Source: Anthoceros angustus
Taxonomy: Eukaryota; Plantae; Anthocerotophyta
Assembly (NCBI GenBank): GCA_010909165.1
Contig: MU008159.1
Span: 620,001-684,000 of the forward strand
Direction of reading: 5' to 3'
DNA length: 64,000 bases
The notes below the pieces were generated by a model that searched no databases, was not told where the DNA came from, and saw only the letters and a list, made by a program, of their open reading frames with translations. This document shows positions 1-11,708 of the stretch, piece after piece. Numbering within the stretch: the stretch's first letter is position 1; each line of letters begins with the position of its first letter. Both the position numbers and the translations under genes were made by a program.

Positions 1-1100
1 AAGATTTCCTCCTGCTTTTGCTTCTTGCTTCCAATCACCACGCCAGCACCAGCTCCGACTCCGACTCCGCAGACCAGGCTGGAACCAGTCTGGCACAAAT
101 TTGCTCCACTCACTCACTCAGCGGTCGCTTCAGTTGGTGGTACATACAGGGCAGCGGGTACGTCACGCCTCAGAATTATTACCGGAACCGGTACGAGAGC
201 CCCCTCCTTCACCTTCATAGGTTGGTTCAACAGCTCACAGTTCACTTCGCGCTTGCTCCGAGTCCCCACCGGGCGTCCTCAATTCCCGCAACAGATCTCT
301 CGCGCGCCTGCGCCCGCACCGCCAGCGCCAGCGCCACCTCTGTTGCTACACCGCCATCCTTCTTAGGGCTGCGGGTGGCTCTGCCGAGCTTTTTTCGAGC
401 ATAATCCGCTTTCCTTTCCGCGTTGCAGCATCCGCCGTCTGGATCACGCAACTGCTGCATCCGCCACTTTTGTCCAGCCCATGGTAATCGTGCCTGCACG
501 ATCTTGTGACAGGCTTCTGCTCAGACAACGAGACAGCGCGTTTGTAGCCGTCCTTGTCGCGCCAGTTTTCGTGCCTGAAGAAGTTCTTGTCTCTTGTCTC
601 AGTTTTGAGCCATCTTGCGCTCTTCTTTGTCTCATCTTGTGAGTAAGTCCTCAAATCTTGGTTGCCTTTGCGAGAGGATCGTCACGCAACTCCACTTTGT
701 TCGAGCTGCTGAGCATCCTCCAAGACCTTGAAGACCTTTCGCAAGCTTCATGACTCGGCGGATGGATTCGTCCTTCTTGAACTTCATTTCAGAACATTCG
801 ACTGGAGGCTCGGGAAATAGCTGCTACAGACCGCGATATCTTCTCTTAGAATTCTCTCCGAGCTCTTGATTCCATTCAGCTCATGACGGCTGTTCGACGA
901 TCGGAGGGCCTCTGACGTCCTGAGCTGATTGGAACCAAGGTTTCTAAGATCATTCTAAGAGGATATAGCGCGGTCTGGTTTCTGGAGTGCCAGTGTACAC
1001 ACGTGACAAAACCGGGCATAAAGGCCGGCGAATTGCGATCTTTGACGAGTGTGATACCAGAGTGTGGAGCCGGAGACGCTTTTTTTCGTGGCTCGGCATT
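1..1100 (-). mobile_element. Degenerate LTR-retrotransposon 5' internal region (gag-like remnant with candidate PBS)
   Basis: Minus strand reads ...CCACA-CTC-TGGTATCA (1067-1052), resembling an LTR end followed by a tRNA-iMet-like PBS (8-nt match only). Downstream broken frames include MKFKKDESIRRVMKLAKGL, resembling the retrotransposon gag QxxxESI motif. Many stops and frameshifts. Confidence 0.45.
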
Positions 1101-3602
1101 CAGAAGTTCGGTGCTAAGAGGCTGGTAGGCGCTGGATCCAAGGTATGCCATCCAAGTTCGATTCCTGTGATGGCCTGCACCGTGGTCCCTGCTTTGCTGT
1201 ATGTAAGTTGTTTCTCCTTGGGTCTCCTCAGTAGAGTGGGAATCTTTTTGTGAATGTATACCTTACTGCATCGGATATCCTTGATGAGCAATTTCTGTTG
1301 GCGCACTGTCCATGTGCAATGATCCTTCTGGTCATGAATGTGCTATGGATGGTGACTGGAGGTGGTACAAGTACATTGTCTCATAAATCTTTTCAACCGT
1401 CCCACATAAAAGAAGCCCGGGGCTTAATTGCCACGGTTCAGGAAATGGTATGATATATGGCCTGTCAGCTGTTTCCATGGCAAGGTACTTTGTACCGGTG
1501 GATGCACCAGAGACCTTTTGTAGCCTTTGAGGTGTGTTCCTCGCGGAAACGATAACGGGTCGACGAGCGAATGTGTGGTGACGATCTGGTCCCTAAGTCG
1601 TTTGGTCCTAAGTTTCAGACATCGTTGCAGCGACTCATTCCATTAGCCTAAGGACCAGGACAAGCACCAGGGCATCTGTGGGACTAAGTCTTATGGACTT
1701 TAAACATGTTCTATTTAATAAAGGAATACTTAGTATTTTCCACCAGCTTTACCTATTCTAAATATGTAGGTATGTAGTGCATGTCGTCTCAAAGTCTCTT
1801 GCGCTCCCCTCGAAGTCGACAACATCCTTTAGCTCAAAAGTTCAATAGAGACTTTATTAAAAAGAAGAGATGGAAAATCCATCCACCCCCGAACCGAGGG
1901 GGACAACATCCTTTTGGCATCTCCGAGGGAGCTCAAAAGTAGTAGACTCGAACCGGACAAAACTTTCCCGTCATTTTCTTCAACAAAAAAAGGTTTTCAC
2001 TTTCGAGCGCTCCTTGCCTACCCCACTGCATGCCATTGCCTACAGTATGGCGGGGGTGCAATGCTGGAGGAGGAATTTGCCTCCTCCCTCCCACTATCCC
2101 GACTGTTATTTTGGAGTAGGTGTAGATGGTTTGACGTTTATCATTAAAGCCAGGAAGTGTCTCAGCCACTGGATTCTTTTCCTCTCCCAGAAACCGGCAA
2201 GTCTACCTACGGCGTGGAGAGTGCAGCATGCCCGAGCGTGGAATATCATGACTAGTGAGAGCAGAATGGCAAATAGCCAAGTAACTAATTTATCTTTTGC
2301 TTCCACCCGATTGGAACCAACTTCCAAGCACAAGCTTGGAGCCTCATTCTCTTTCCACAGATAGTGTAAGCAGGACTCGGAGCCGGCCAAAGCTGATCCA
2401 TGCCATTTTTCTTGTATCAAGGCCTTGCTCCAGAAAGCAGGGGGCCATGTCGGAGATCTGGATGGCAATCGGCAGCGTATCTGTGAATTCGACTCCAAGC
2501 AGTGGAAGCATGACTAGGTCATTCTGATGCGAGTGAACGTTCGCTCTGCACTACAGAAACGTGTGGAATTGGATCAGGCCAACTCAGTTAAGGACAGATC
2601 CGTTCTCTTCCTGGATCGTGCCTTGTGGTTCATGAAGTTGCATGAGCCTCATCTGTCCCGATCACAGGCTGGCCACTGGCGACAACATGCGGAACTATCC
2701 TCTTGTCAACCAATCTGGGAGCAGCATATGAGGATGAGGAGCTGAGTTATGCATCGATCAGTATTCGGCCATCTGGCGGGGCCCCTGCCGCAGTTTTCTT
2801 CTCACCTTCCTTTCCGGTTTCAGGGAAGAGACGAGACGTAGCTCTTCCGGCGTTTGAGATACTGTCGCGGCACCGCAGCATTGGTAGCACAGGCTCGACA
2901 TGTTCCACAGTCCACAATCCAAAACAAGTTGCTGCAGTGCACGGTTGAGAGTGCACGCTGTTTATTTCTAGTACCTAATTCATTTGGCAGGTGTAACACC
3001 GGAACCACGACTCTCAAGATTGCCACCACGACTCTCAGAATGATACCAGGACTGTAGAGATGACGATCATGTCCGCCTGCAAGCTGCACACCTGAATCCT
3101 GCAGTGCTTTGTCCCATGTGGATTTAACACTTCCCCTGTCGGTGGGTGTACAGAGTTACAGTATGTATCGCTTTGAGCTTTTTCAGACACGACTTTGCGC
3201 TTTTCCAGACACGATCGGGACTAGACCCTAGTCGTTACTACGAACTTTGCCAAGCCTCTCCGAGTACCGGGTCCCTGCCGTGAAGTGGGCCCAGCCCACG
3301 TGAGAGCGTGGATGGGTGCGTTCGTGGGCGTCATCCGTGCCAGGTTCTTTTTCATTATCCCGCTTGTGACTTTCTGAATGATGCTGAGAAGGCCGGATGC
3401 GTGCACAACACAACCAGCGAAACTCGGCCTTGGAACACTGAATGTGTCCCTCCCGGCAGGTTATGAGAAAATGTCTTCTGGCCGGCATGCAACGCAGAGT
3501 CCACTACCAAAACATAGTACAGCAATCTACTATATAAACACCAGCTCGAAGTCAGAAAATACGTGGATTTCAGCGAATGAGCGTCATGTAACGAAGTGCG
3601 GA

Positions 3603-5905
3603 TTATGACTCCCATTTCTTCGCCTCCATGCCTTGCGGTGGACTGCTAACCACCTTTTTGGAACCAACCTCTTTCCAGTTGGTAGACAGGACAGTTCCGT
3701 TGGACTCCACCTGTTAGGTGCCATGGCTTCAATACGAGATGTTGAAGGCAAACTTCACCCAACACAATTTCTGGCAAGAGGGCATCCAATCAAATGAGCC
3801 TTGAGAAGGTGTGAGGGAGAGAGGAACTTACATAGGATTTGTTCATTGCCCTTCGAGTATCCTCATCTGCACCTGAGTAGATCTCACGGAATAGCTTGTT
3901 CAAAGCAGCATCACCTTCTAGCTTTTCATCCTTTTCCTGTGAGCAGGCAATGTGAAACAGATCAGAAGACAGACTCACAGAATGCAAACCATGATCACCC
4001 TTGATTGAATAACTGAGATTCTTCACCTCTTTCTTCACTTCTGACTCCAGCTTATCCCAGTCCTTCGTCCCCCTTCTGCTGGAAGATGGGTATTGTGCTT
4101 TCACCGGTTTCACCTCTGCAAACAAGCTCAAGGAGCAATGGTTACCATCACTTCCTCTCATGTACTAAGCCGTCATTATCCTGCACAGAAGGCAGTTTGT
4201 ATTGGCAATCCAGAGCCTTCACTGTACCTGCAACTGGTGGTAACAACGCCTGGGATGAGTACTCCAGTTGCTTCCACTGAATGCTGTCCGCTTTCACCAA
4301 AGTTATGTCAATCTTTGTGTTCGATATCGCTACTTTGCACTGAGAAACAGCGATCTGGTAACAAGCAGCAAGCAGTGGGATTCCTCAGAGACTCCTGTTG
4401 GCTACGCACAAACTAGTTGGCAGTGACAAAGTAGCTGGTAAGAGTCCTTACTTTACCAAAAAGACGACGTTGCAGAGCATACGGTTCACTGTCGCCAACC
4501 GTTATCACCACACTCAACTAAAAACAACAGGGAGCAAAGCTGTGAGAATGCCCACTTGTTTCCCGCCGGTCAGCATGTTACCCGAATGTCACAGATACCA
4601 AGACAATCAATCTCAATACTACGGGAGATATCTATGAGCCGAAATGTAATGTACCAGTTGTTCGCCAAAGTCAACCTTCACTTGCTCCTTGCTCACACCT
4701 TTTGCGTATATGGTAACAACCACATATCCTGTTCCCTGATAATAGGAGTGTCTGTTAACCAACAAAAGAAAAGACACCCGTGATTTCTAAGTTAAAAAAA
4801 ATTTCAACCTCAAGAGAGAAACAAGAACAAGCAACAATGAATTGTCTATTGAAGCAATATTGACAACACGATCCCGCTCGTTGGAATTGTCAAGACGATA
4901 ATACATATAGTACACTGTCAATTCGTGATCTCGCAGGCAAGGAAATATTTGAAAGAGCAAAAACCCACACCTGAACTTCGGCTGCACAGGAGCCTGAACA
5001 GCTGGAGCTGAGGTGGTCGAAGAGGAGGTTGATGGCACAGCTGGAGGGGTAACAGTTGAGGTGTCGTCTGCACCTGTGGTAGGGTGATCGGCTGCTACCG
5101 AAGGTGCAGCATTCACAGAAGCAGTGGTCCCTGAACAGAAAATTGAAGACCTAAGATTTGCTCTCAAAATGTAGACAAGCACCACAACCCAAACTCGGCA
5201 GCACCCAACTGAATACTTTCTGGAACCGAAAAGGTGAGGATCATATTAAATTGATTACCATTTATCCTTGAATCACATACTGCTATCAAAGTCTTGAACT
5301 TGGGATACTCTGGGTTAATTGCCAGACCAGCCTCAAACACAGCTTTTGCTTTCGCGTGCTCCTTCAACTTCTGCAAAGCGATCCTGACCCACCCATCTCA
5401 ACAAAAATCCAAAAATCAGGTGCCATTCACATCGGAAGAATCCACAATTTCAGGCACCCAAAAAGTGCTCAAACAAAACCAAACTTCCCGTACCCTTTCC
5501 GGTAGTAAGCCTTCCAGAACGTGGGGTCCAATTCGATAGCTTTGTCTGTGTCAGCGATGGCATCTGCTGACACAAAACCAATCAAAAGCCAGCCCTTGGC
5601 AAACTCGGCCACCACCACTCCACTCGAACTCATACCCGAACCACCAAATGCAACACACGCACATAGAACGCGTTCTCCGCAGACCTAGAGAGCAACGATA
5701 CACCAATCCATCACCAAAGGGACCACAGTGCTGTAGCTCGCCTACCTGAGAATTTCCCGAGCTGAATCTTCTCAGCGGCCCGATAAACATACAGGCGAGG
5801 CTCAGAAGGTGCGTGCAGCAATGCTTGCGTGAAAAACTCCACGGACTCCTCTCGCTCGCCTTCCACAGACGCTGCGATCCCCTTCTTCTCGAATTCTTCC
5901 GCCAT
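3603..5905 (-). CDS. SGT1: SGT1 co-chaperone (TPR + CS + SGS domains), multi-exon
   Basis: ATG at 5905. TPR exons ([14 protein letters not shown]; [13 protein letters not shown]), CS domain (PKFR/HSYYQ...[10 protein letters not shown]), SGS domain ([13 protein letters not shown]; [32 protein letters not shown]; [16 protein letters not shown]...KKWES*). GT-AG introns; stop at 3605-3603. Confidence 0.95.
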
Positions 5906-6269
5906 ACCGTGTGAAACCACCGCTGCCACAGCTAGTCGACACAGGCAATCAGCGGATCGACCCAGAAACGCATTCCCACGCCAGATACGCTTCCTGTCCT
6001 GACCGTGGGTTGTATACAGGGTCGTGCTAGCTTCGGGTGGGAAGCTTCAAGAACAACTTGTCTTCAACAAAATCCAGTAAAAGTCCGTCACAGTTACTGT
6101 CGCAGCATGTTATGGCTCCCATGATACATACCTAGGTCGACAACATTTTGAATAGCATTAAAGTCTTAAGGGAAAACGACGAGGTTTTTATCAGCTTGAG
6201 TTCTTTGCTTCATATTCAATCAAGCAAGCAGACTGATTGTAATGGACTCCTCCCGACATTTGTGTACAT

Positions 6270-6595
6270 AGCCGGAAGCGGTTACCTTCGTTAGTGCTGT
6301 GAGAGAGTTTTTAGAAGGGCTCGTGCGAGCCCTTACAACTTGGTAGAGGGCAGGATTATTCACAACCTTGCTGGGAGGAGTGGATACGAGTCCAAAGATT
6401 TTGTAAGGAGCGCTCTTATTGACATGTATGCCAAGTGTGGGAGACTTGGCTGATGCTCTTGAGGTGTTGGAGAAGGTGCAGAATGTAGACAGCCATGATG
6501 GATGCACATACCCATCATGGCCAGAGCCAGAAGGCCCGAGTTGTTTGATCAGCTTCAACGGGAGGGCTAGAAGCCAGACAATCTCTCACGGTTGC
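6270..6595 (+). pseudogene. PLS-class PPR gene fragment
   Basis: Frameshifted pieces read PEAVTFVSA..ACASPYNLVEGRIIH...GYESKDFVRSALIDMYAKCGR/ADALEVLEKV...LFDQLQREG*KPD, which are typical PLS PPR motifs, with stops and frameshifts. Confidence 0.75.
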
Positions 6596-6789
6596 CAATT
6601 CCTCACTTTCTGTTCTGCTACTTGTCCTATGCAGCTTTGGTCTAGCTTTTTATGGTTGTTTCTTTCTGCGCTCTCCTCAATGGTGCAATCCACCCCTCCT
6701 GTGACCGTCATGGACACTCCCTATCCGGTCTACGTTCAGCTTTGCTCTAGGTTCACGGTTGAAATGTCACATTTGGCACAAGTGGGAGG

Positions 6790-6985
6790 CTTGCGTCTTC
6801 TTGAGGAGGGGCGAGAGGAGGGGCTTCTTCTCCTCCTTTCCTTGGACTTGGGCTTCTTCTCCTCTTTTCCTTGGGCTTGGGCTTCTTCTCCTTCTCTCTT
6901 TGGACTTGGGCTTCTTCTCCTCCTTTCCTTGGACTTGGGCTTCTTCTCCTCCTCTCCTTGGACTTGGGCTCCTCCCTTGGCCTCA
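6790..6985. repeat. Tandem repeat of about 27-33 bp units (CTTGGACTTGGGCTTCTTCTCCTC...)
   Basis: About six visible degenerate copies; the minus strand translates as K/E/P/R-rich repeats (EEKKPKSKERRRRSPSP). Confidence 0.85.
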
Positions 6986-7031
6986 AGCCTTGGGCACACT
7001 TTAGAGGGTCCCTTGCCTACTTGCTTAAAGA

Positions 7032-7128
7032 GCTAGCGTCGCCTAACGTCGCCTAGCATCGCCTACCGTCGCCTGGCATCGCCTAGCGTCGCCTAGCATC
7101 GCCTAGCATCACCTAGTATCGCCTAGCA
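7032..7128. repeat. 10-bp tandem array GCCTAGC(A/G)TC, about 10 copies; possible DNA-transposon subterminal array
   Basis: Strict 10-bp period is visible in the sequence. Resemblance to CGCCTAG-type hAT subterminal repeats is inference only. Confidence 0.85.
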
Positions 7129-7199
7129 CGCTTATCAATCCTAGCATGCCTATATAGCGTACACACTGAGGTCATAGCTTGTAACAATAGGAGGGAGTA

Positions 7200-7970
7200 G
7201 CTCGCACATTGTGGCACATCCAGGTTGGAGTCGGCCGAACCAGGTTTGTCAAGACCTCGATAAGGCACGTCTCAGAAGGTGCCTCATGCTGGGCCGGGCT
7301 AGGGAATACGCCAAGGTTGCCCGGGCCCTTCATCCTGAGTCAGTGGAAGCCCCGAAACAGAAGTTAAGTAGGTGTTAGCCGTATGTCGAACCATGTAGGT
7401 CATCGACGTCTTATCGGATGTCGGTAAGGAAACCTTCCCCCATGCGAGCTATGGTGGGGGAACTTGGAAACTTAGCGATTACTTGGCCTTCTCTGTCTAG
7501 GGCCGCCTTCCGGTGTATTTGACAATTATTCAGTGCCGCATTGGTGCTTATTTGCCGATGTGAATAGCGCTGACCAGCTTACCAGCCAGTCTACCAGGCG
7601 TCGAACCTTATGAAAGTTGTCGCAAGGGCGATAGTAGCTGAGAGTCCATGGGCTAGAAGTAGAACACCATCGCTTCGTCCGAGGAACTGAGCCTGAAAGT
7701 AAGTGTGGTGAGACGAGCAGTTGGAGTTTTGGTTTTTACAGATTACCTCCATCAGACGAGGCGGATAACACTCCATAGCTTCCATGTTGCCGTGATAGGT
7801 TTGCGAAGGAAAGAACAAAAACCCTTTTTGCTCGTCGACTTCTCTTCTAAGTACCTTTCAACCTCGTCAAATGCATCTAGGCCAGCTGGATATCCTCATC
7901 GCCAAGTTGGTGCCGGCACTCTTGAGGCAGGCGGACTAATGGCTGGTTACCTCTTCCGATTCTTGAGAAG
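7200..7970 (+). mobile_element. Degenerate CRE-like non-LTR retrotransposon fragment (pre-RT/early RT)
   Basis: Reads KARLRRCLMLGRAREYAKVARALHP and NLMKVVARAIVAE, matching the RAREYA and LLSRAIALQ regions of the near-full-length element at 53.6-57 kb. Confidence 0.5.
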
Positions 7971-8474
7971 AGTCTTTGGTTCTCGAAGAATCGGAAGAGG
8001 TAACCAGGCCATTAGTCCCGCCTCGCTCAAGAGGCTCAAGGCGCACCAACTGACGCAGGATATCCACCGGCCTAGATGCATTTGACGAGGTTGAAAGGTA
8101 CTTAGAAGAGAAGTCACAGCAAAAAAGGGTTTTGTTCTTTCGCAAACCTATCACGGCAACATAGGAAGCTATGGAGGTTATCCATCTGGCCCGGCTGGAG
8201 GTAATCATGTAAAACGACCAAAACTCCACCACCAAAGCTCTGCCCCACCACACTTACTGTGCTGGCCTCGACGGCGATGTTCACTTCTCTAGCCCATGGA
8301 CTTCTCAAATACACCGCCCTTCGACAACTTTCATAAGGTCTGACACCGGTAGACGGCTGTAAGTCGGGTCGGCTTATTCACATCGGCAAATAAGCACCAA
8401 TGCTCGAATTACAAATAATCGGCGGCCCCAGATGAAGGCCAAGTAATCGCCAAGTTTCCAAGTTCCCCGCCACC
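7453..8474. repeat. About 1-kb foldback inverted repeat with a 10-nt loop (7970-7979)
   Basis: The right arm is the reverse complement of the left across about 500 bp (e.g. 7830-7895 vs 8057-8120; 7560-7670 vs 8275-8390). The arms differ mainly by small indels. Confidence 0.95.
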
Positions 8475-10299
8475 GCTTTTGTTTGACAGATTCGTCAGAA
8501 AGCGAAAGCAACCAGACGTTACACGCGTGCGAGCCTCCTTTCCTTTATAAAATTCACACTAGCACTTGCAACTAACAGCGAGACTTTGATGAAATCTTAG
8601 CGAAGAACTAGTTAGTGATTTTTCTTTCTTTTTCTTTACCGAGTCACTTTTATTCTTACTTCTCCTTCTTTCTAGGCGATATATCGACGGCTTTGGACGA
8701 TGTGTGGCGTTGATGTGTGTGATCCACTCATGTTTATATCACCACTATTTAGAATATTAATGAAATGAATGATTTCTTCGTTGGAAATTGGATTACGGTG
8801 GAGGATCTGCGGCGGCTCATGTTACGAATGCTTTTTACCACCAAGGAGAAGTAGTTGTAAGAGCGGTGGGCTTCACCCTCATTTTAAGGCAGGTTAAGTG
8901 AAGAAAATAGTCAAACCAGCCCACCTAATGGCGTGAGTTCAAAGTTTATCCTTGACCCAAAAGGATTACGGGAGAGTGATGGCTAGGATGGATCATCATC
9001 TTAGTACGCTTAATATCCATCTTAACTCGCTTCAGCCATCCCTGCTTGTGGCCCGGACCTGCGGAGAAATCGCCGCCTAGCCAGGCTCGATCCAAGCCGA
9101 GGCCACCAAGGTGGACATCGCTCACAAGATCACCGAAATACCGATTGTGACCACGACAAGATGCACTGAACACCGAACGCCAAAACCACGCAGAAGGCCC
9201 CATGGAGATGAAGGCCATTCTAAAAAGAAAACTTGTGGGCTTTCCTACCGCTAAGCTCGATGTTCTGCTGGTTACGTAGCCGTGCTTTTCAAGGTATTCA
9301 TTGAACCGGTCTTCCTTTTAGTAGAGCCTGCATTAGCTTAGCTAAGTTGAGCTTTTTGGATTCGTATAAAGAGTTGATAGACATGTATAGGGAGATAAAT
9401 AGTGTAATCCGGTGGCTAGATGGGATGAACTAGTAAATACAGAGAAAACCGTGAGAAAATGCTTATGCTTTTATTTATTAAAAGCGTTGGCGAAAGTTTC
9501 GCCTTTAACATGAAATCGAATCTAAAGGTTGTTTATTCTAAAACATTAAATAATGAAAACCTGGATGAGGATTGGAGTTATGACTCATGGCTTTTCTCCA
9601 AGCAGAGTTTGGAAGCGCACTACACCAACCATTTCTTAGACGTCAGTTCTAGAACGCCTAGAAAGTGATCCCACCCGCCTCAAGCAGCCAGCCAAGGAGA
9701 CTCTTCAAAACTAGACGCCCAAGGGCGAAGCCCTCGATCGGCGAGGTTTTTTCTCGCCTCTAACTTTTGGTTTTCTTTTGGCGGTGAACCGTATGACGGG
9801 AGACCACGTATGGTTCGGAGGGCGGGGTTCTTTCCGACCCCTATCCTTCTTTAGGTGTAAAATGCGATGTCAGACCGTCGCTCAAATCGACTTCCATTTT
9901 ATTAAACGAAAAGGAGTTTACTATGGTCAATGCAAGAACTTTGTGGAACCAATCATGCGTTATGCGTCGAATACATAGGCCGATTGTCGAGCCGACTCGG
10001 CTCGGTCGCACCTTCTCGAACAGGCTCTACAGGTGCGAGCTGCCCAAGGAGCTATCTTAGCAATATTTTGGCTCGACCATAGGGAAAAGCCGAGGATCGA
10101 TGGGCCTCGCCCATTAGGGCTTCCCGGCGAGGATACGGTTAGGATAACGAGCTTGAAACGCGAGCCTGGCCCAAAGCCGGATCAAGTCCTGGGGATATAG
10201 CGTGACAACGCGCGGGTTAGTAGGCCCATAGCCAACTGCGGTTGATGGCATTAGCCTCCGCGGCACTCGAGTAACCACAGGGCACTCCATACAGAGCAA

Positions 10300-11708
10300 G
10301 TCTGAGAGATCAGACCACACCATTATCGCTCTCCACGCCCTTCATCCGGCCTCTGGTGACCTCATTCCATAGGATATCTTGGATTTCATTGCTGAGGAGC
10401 CTTTTTGTCTCGATAGGGCGGTCTTCGACAGGGCCCTTATCACTACCCGTGACTTTCTTTCGGATGGTTTGTTGAGGACTTGTCGTTTACGACCACCTTC
10501 TGAATAATTTTGCTCCCGAGGATCCTTCTAGCGGCTTTTTGAAGCTTTTTATTCTGGCGGCGGCCGTGGCGGGGGCCGAGACCCCCCACCGGAGCTCTTA
10601 GGTGTTGGGTGCCAGCAGGTTACTAGCTATGGAGAAGCCCATGCCTGGGGTGCGCCCTATCGCCTTCGGCGAGGCGTTCCTACGCCTCATAAGCCACAGC
10701 AGTGCCATTGAACTCCGGGAGCAGTTTTAAGCACATCTTTGCCCCCACCAATCTGGGATTGCCATTGTGGGGGGCTGTGAGTTGGTGGCCTTCGATGTGG
10801 AGGTGGTTCTCGAGTCACATCTAGATTGGATCGCCTTGTAGGTGGATGTCAAGAACGCTTTCATCAATGTCTTCAAGGCAGTCATTTTTAATGAGCTCAA
10901 GGAGGCTGGTGGGCAGCTGGCAAGTCTCATTCCATTTGTCTGCTCTTTCTATGGCTCCCCATTTAATCTCTACTAATTATCAGCATGGGCCGTCTACGAA
11001 GGGGGTTTCCGTGCTCGACTTAGCGATGGGCACGAGGTAGGGGACTCCTTGAGGGGTGCCCTCTTCGCCATGGCGCACTTTAGGACTCTGTCCACTACTG
11101 CCTCCTCGGTCTGGGTTGTCTCTTTCCGTTAGTGGCTGATGATATCCATATCCTAAGGCCGGGGGACATTGTTTCTTTATAGGGACTTCACATATTAGGG
11201 GTCCTAGTGGGACTCCCGGACTTTATTCAGGCATACGTGGATGCGGCTTTGGCGAAGAACTTGGCTCACATCGGCGATCTCTCTCAATTAGGGGACCCAT
11301 AGGTGGCCTTTAGCATCCTTCTTGCTTTGCGTGTCGGCTAAGGTATCTCACCAGAATTGTAGCTCCCTCCCTCGCTTTCTTTTCGAGCCTAAGGAATTTT
11401 GATGAACAAGTTATGTAGGTGCTTGGAGACATCATTGGGCCAGGCACCTTCAAGTTTGCCATAGGGAGTCAAGCGCGGTGGCAAGCGTCCCTATCTTCAC
11501 TTTTGAGGATACAAGTGTCTTTGCCCCCATCCTGGCCTCTTGATTCTTAATCTAGGATTCCCCCATCTTGGAGGCTTTCATCTCGTATGTAGAGGAGGGG
11601 ACCTTCCCCTTGCAGGTATCCCTATGATTGGCTAGGGATTCTTTATCCTCGGAGGCTAGGGCGGCCATGCCTTTTTTTTTCTCGATTTCTGTGGACGGGC
11701 TGCACGAC
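10300..11708 (+). mobile_element. CRE-like RLE non-LTR retrotransposon, RT part (interrupted at 11708)
   Basis: Decayed frames: LHALHP..DILDFIAEEPFCLDRAVF; GVRPIAFGEAFLRLIS; GGCELVAF; VDVKNAFIN; *GDSLRGALFAMAH; ADDIHIL; LHILGVLVG. Collinear with the element at 53.6-57 kb. Confidence 0.85.

Noticed and set aside
1870-3150. Several 70-160 aa ORFs between the gag remnant and SGT1
   Set aside because: No family motif or consistent splice pattern could be recognised; left unannotated.
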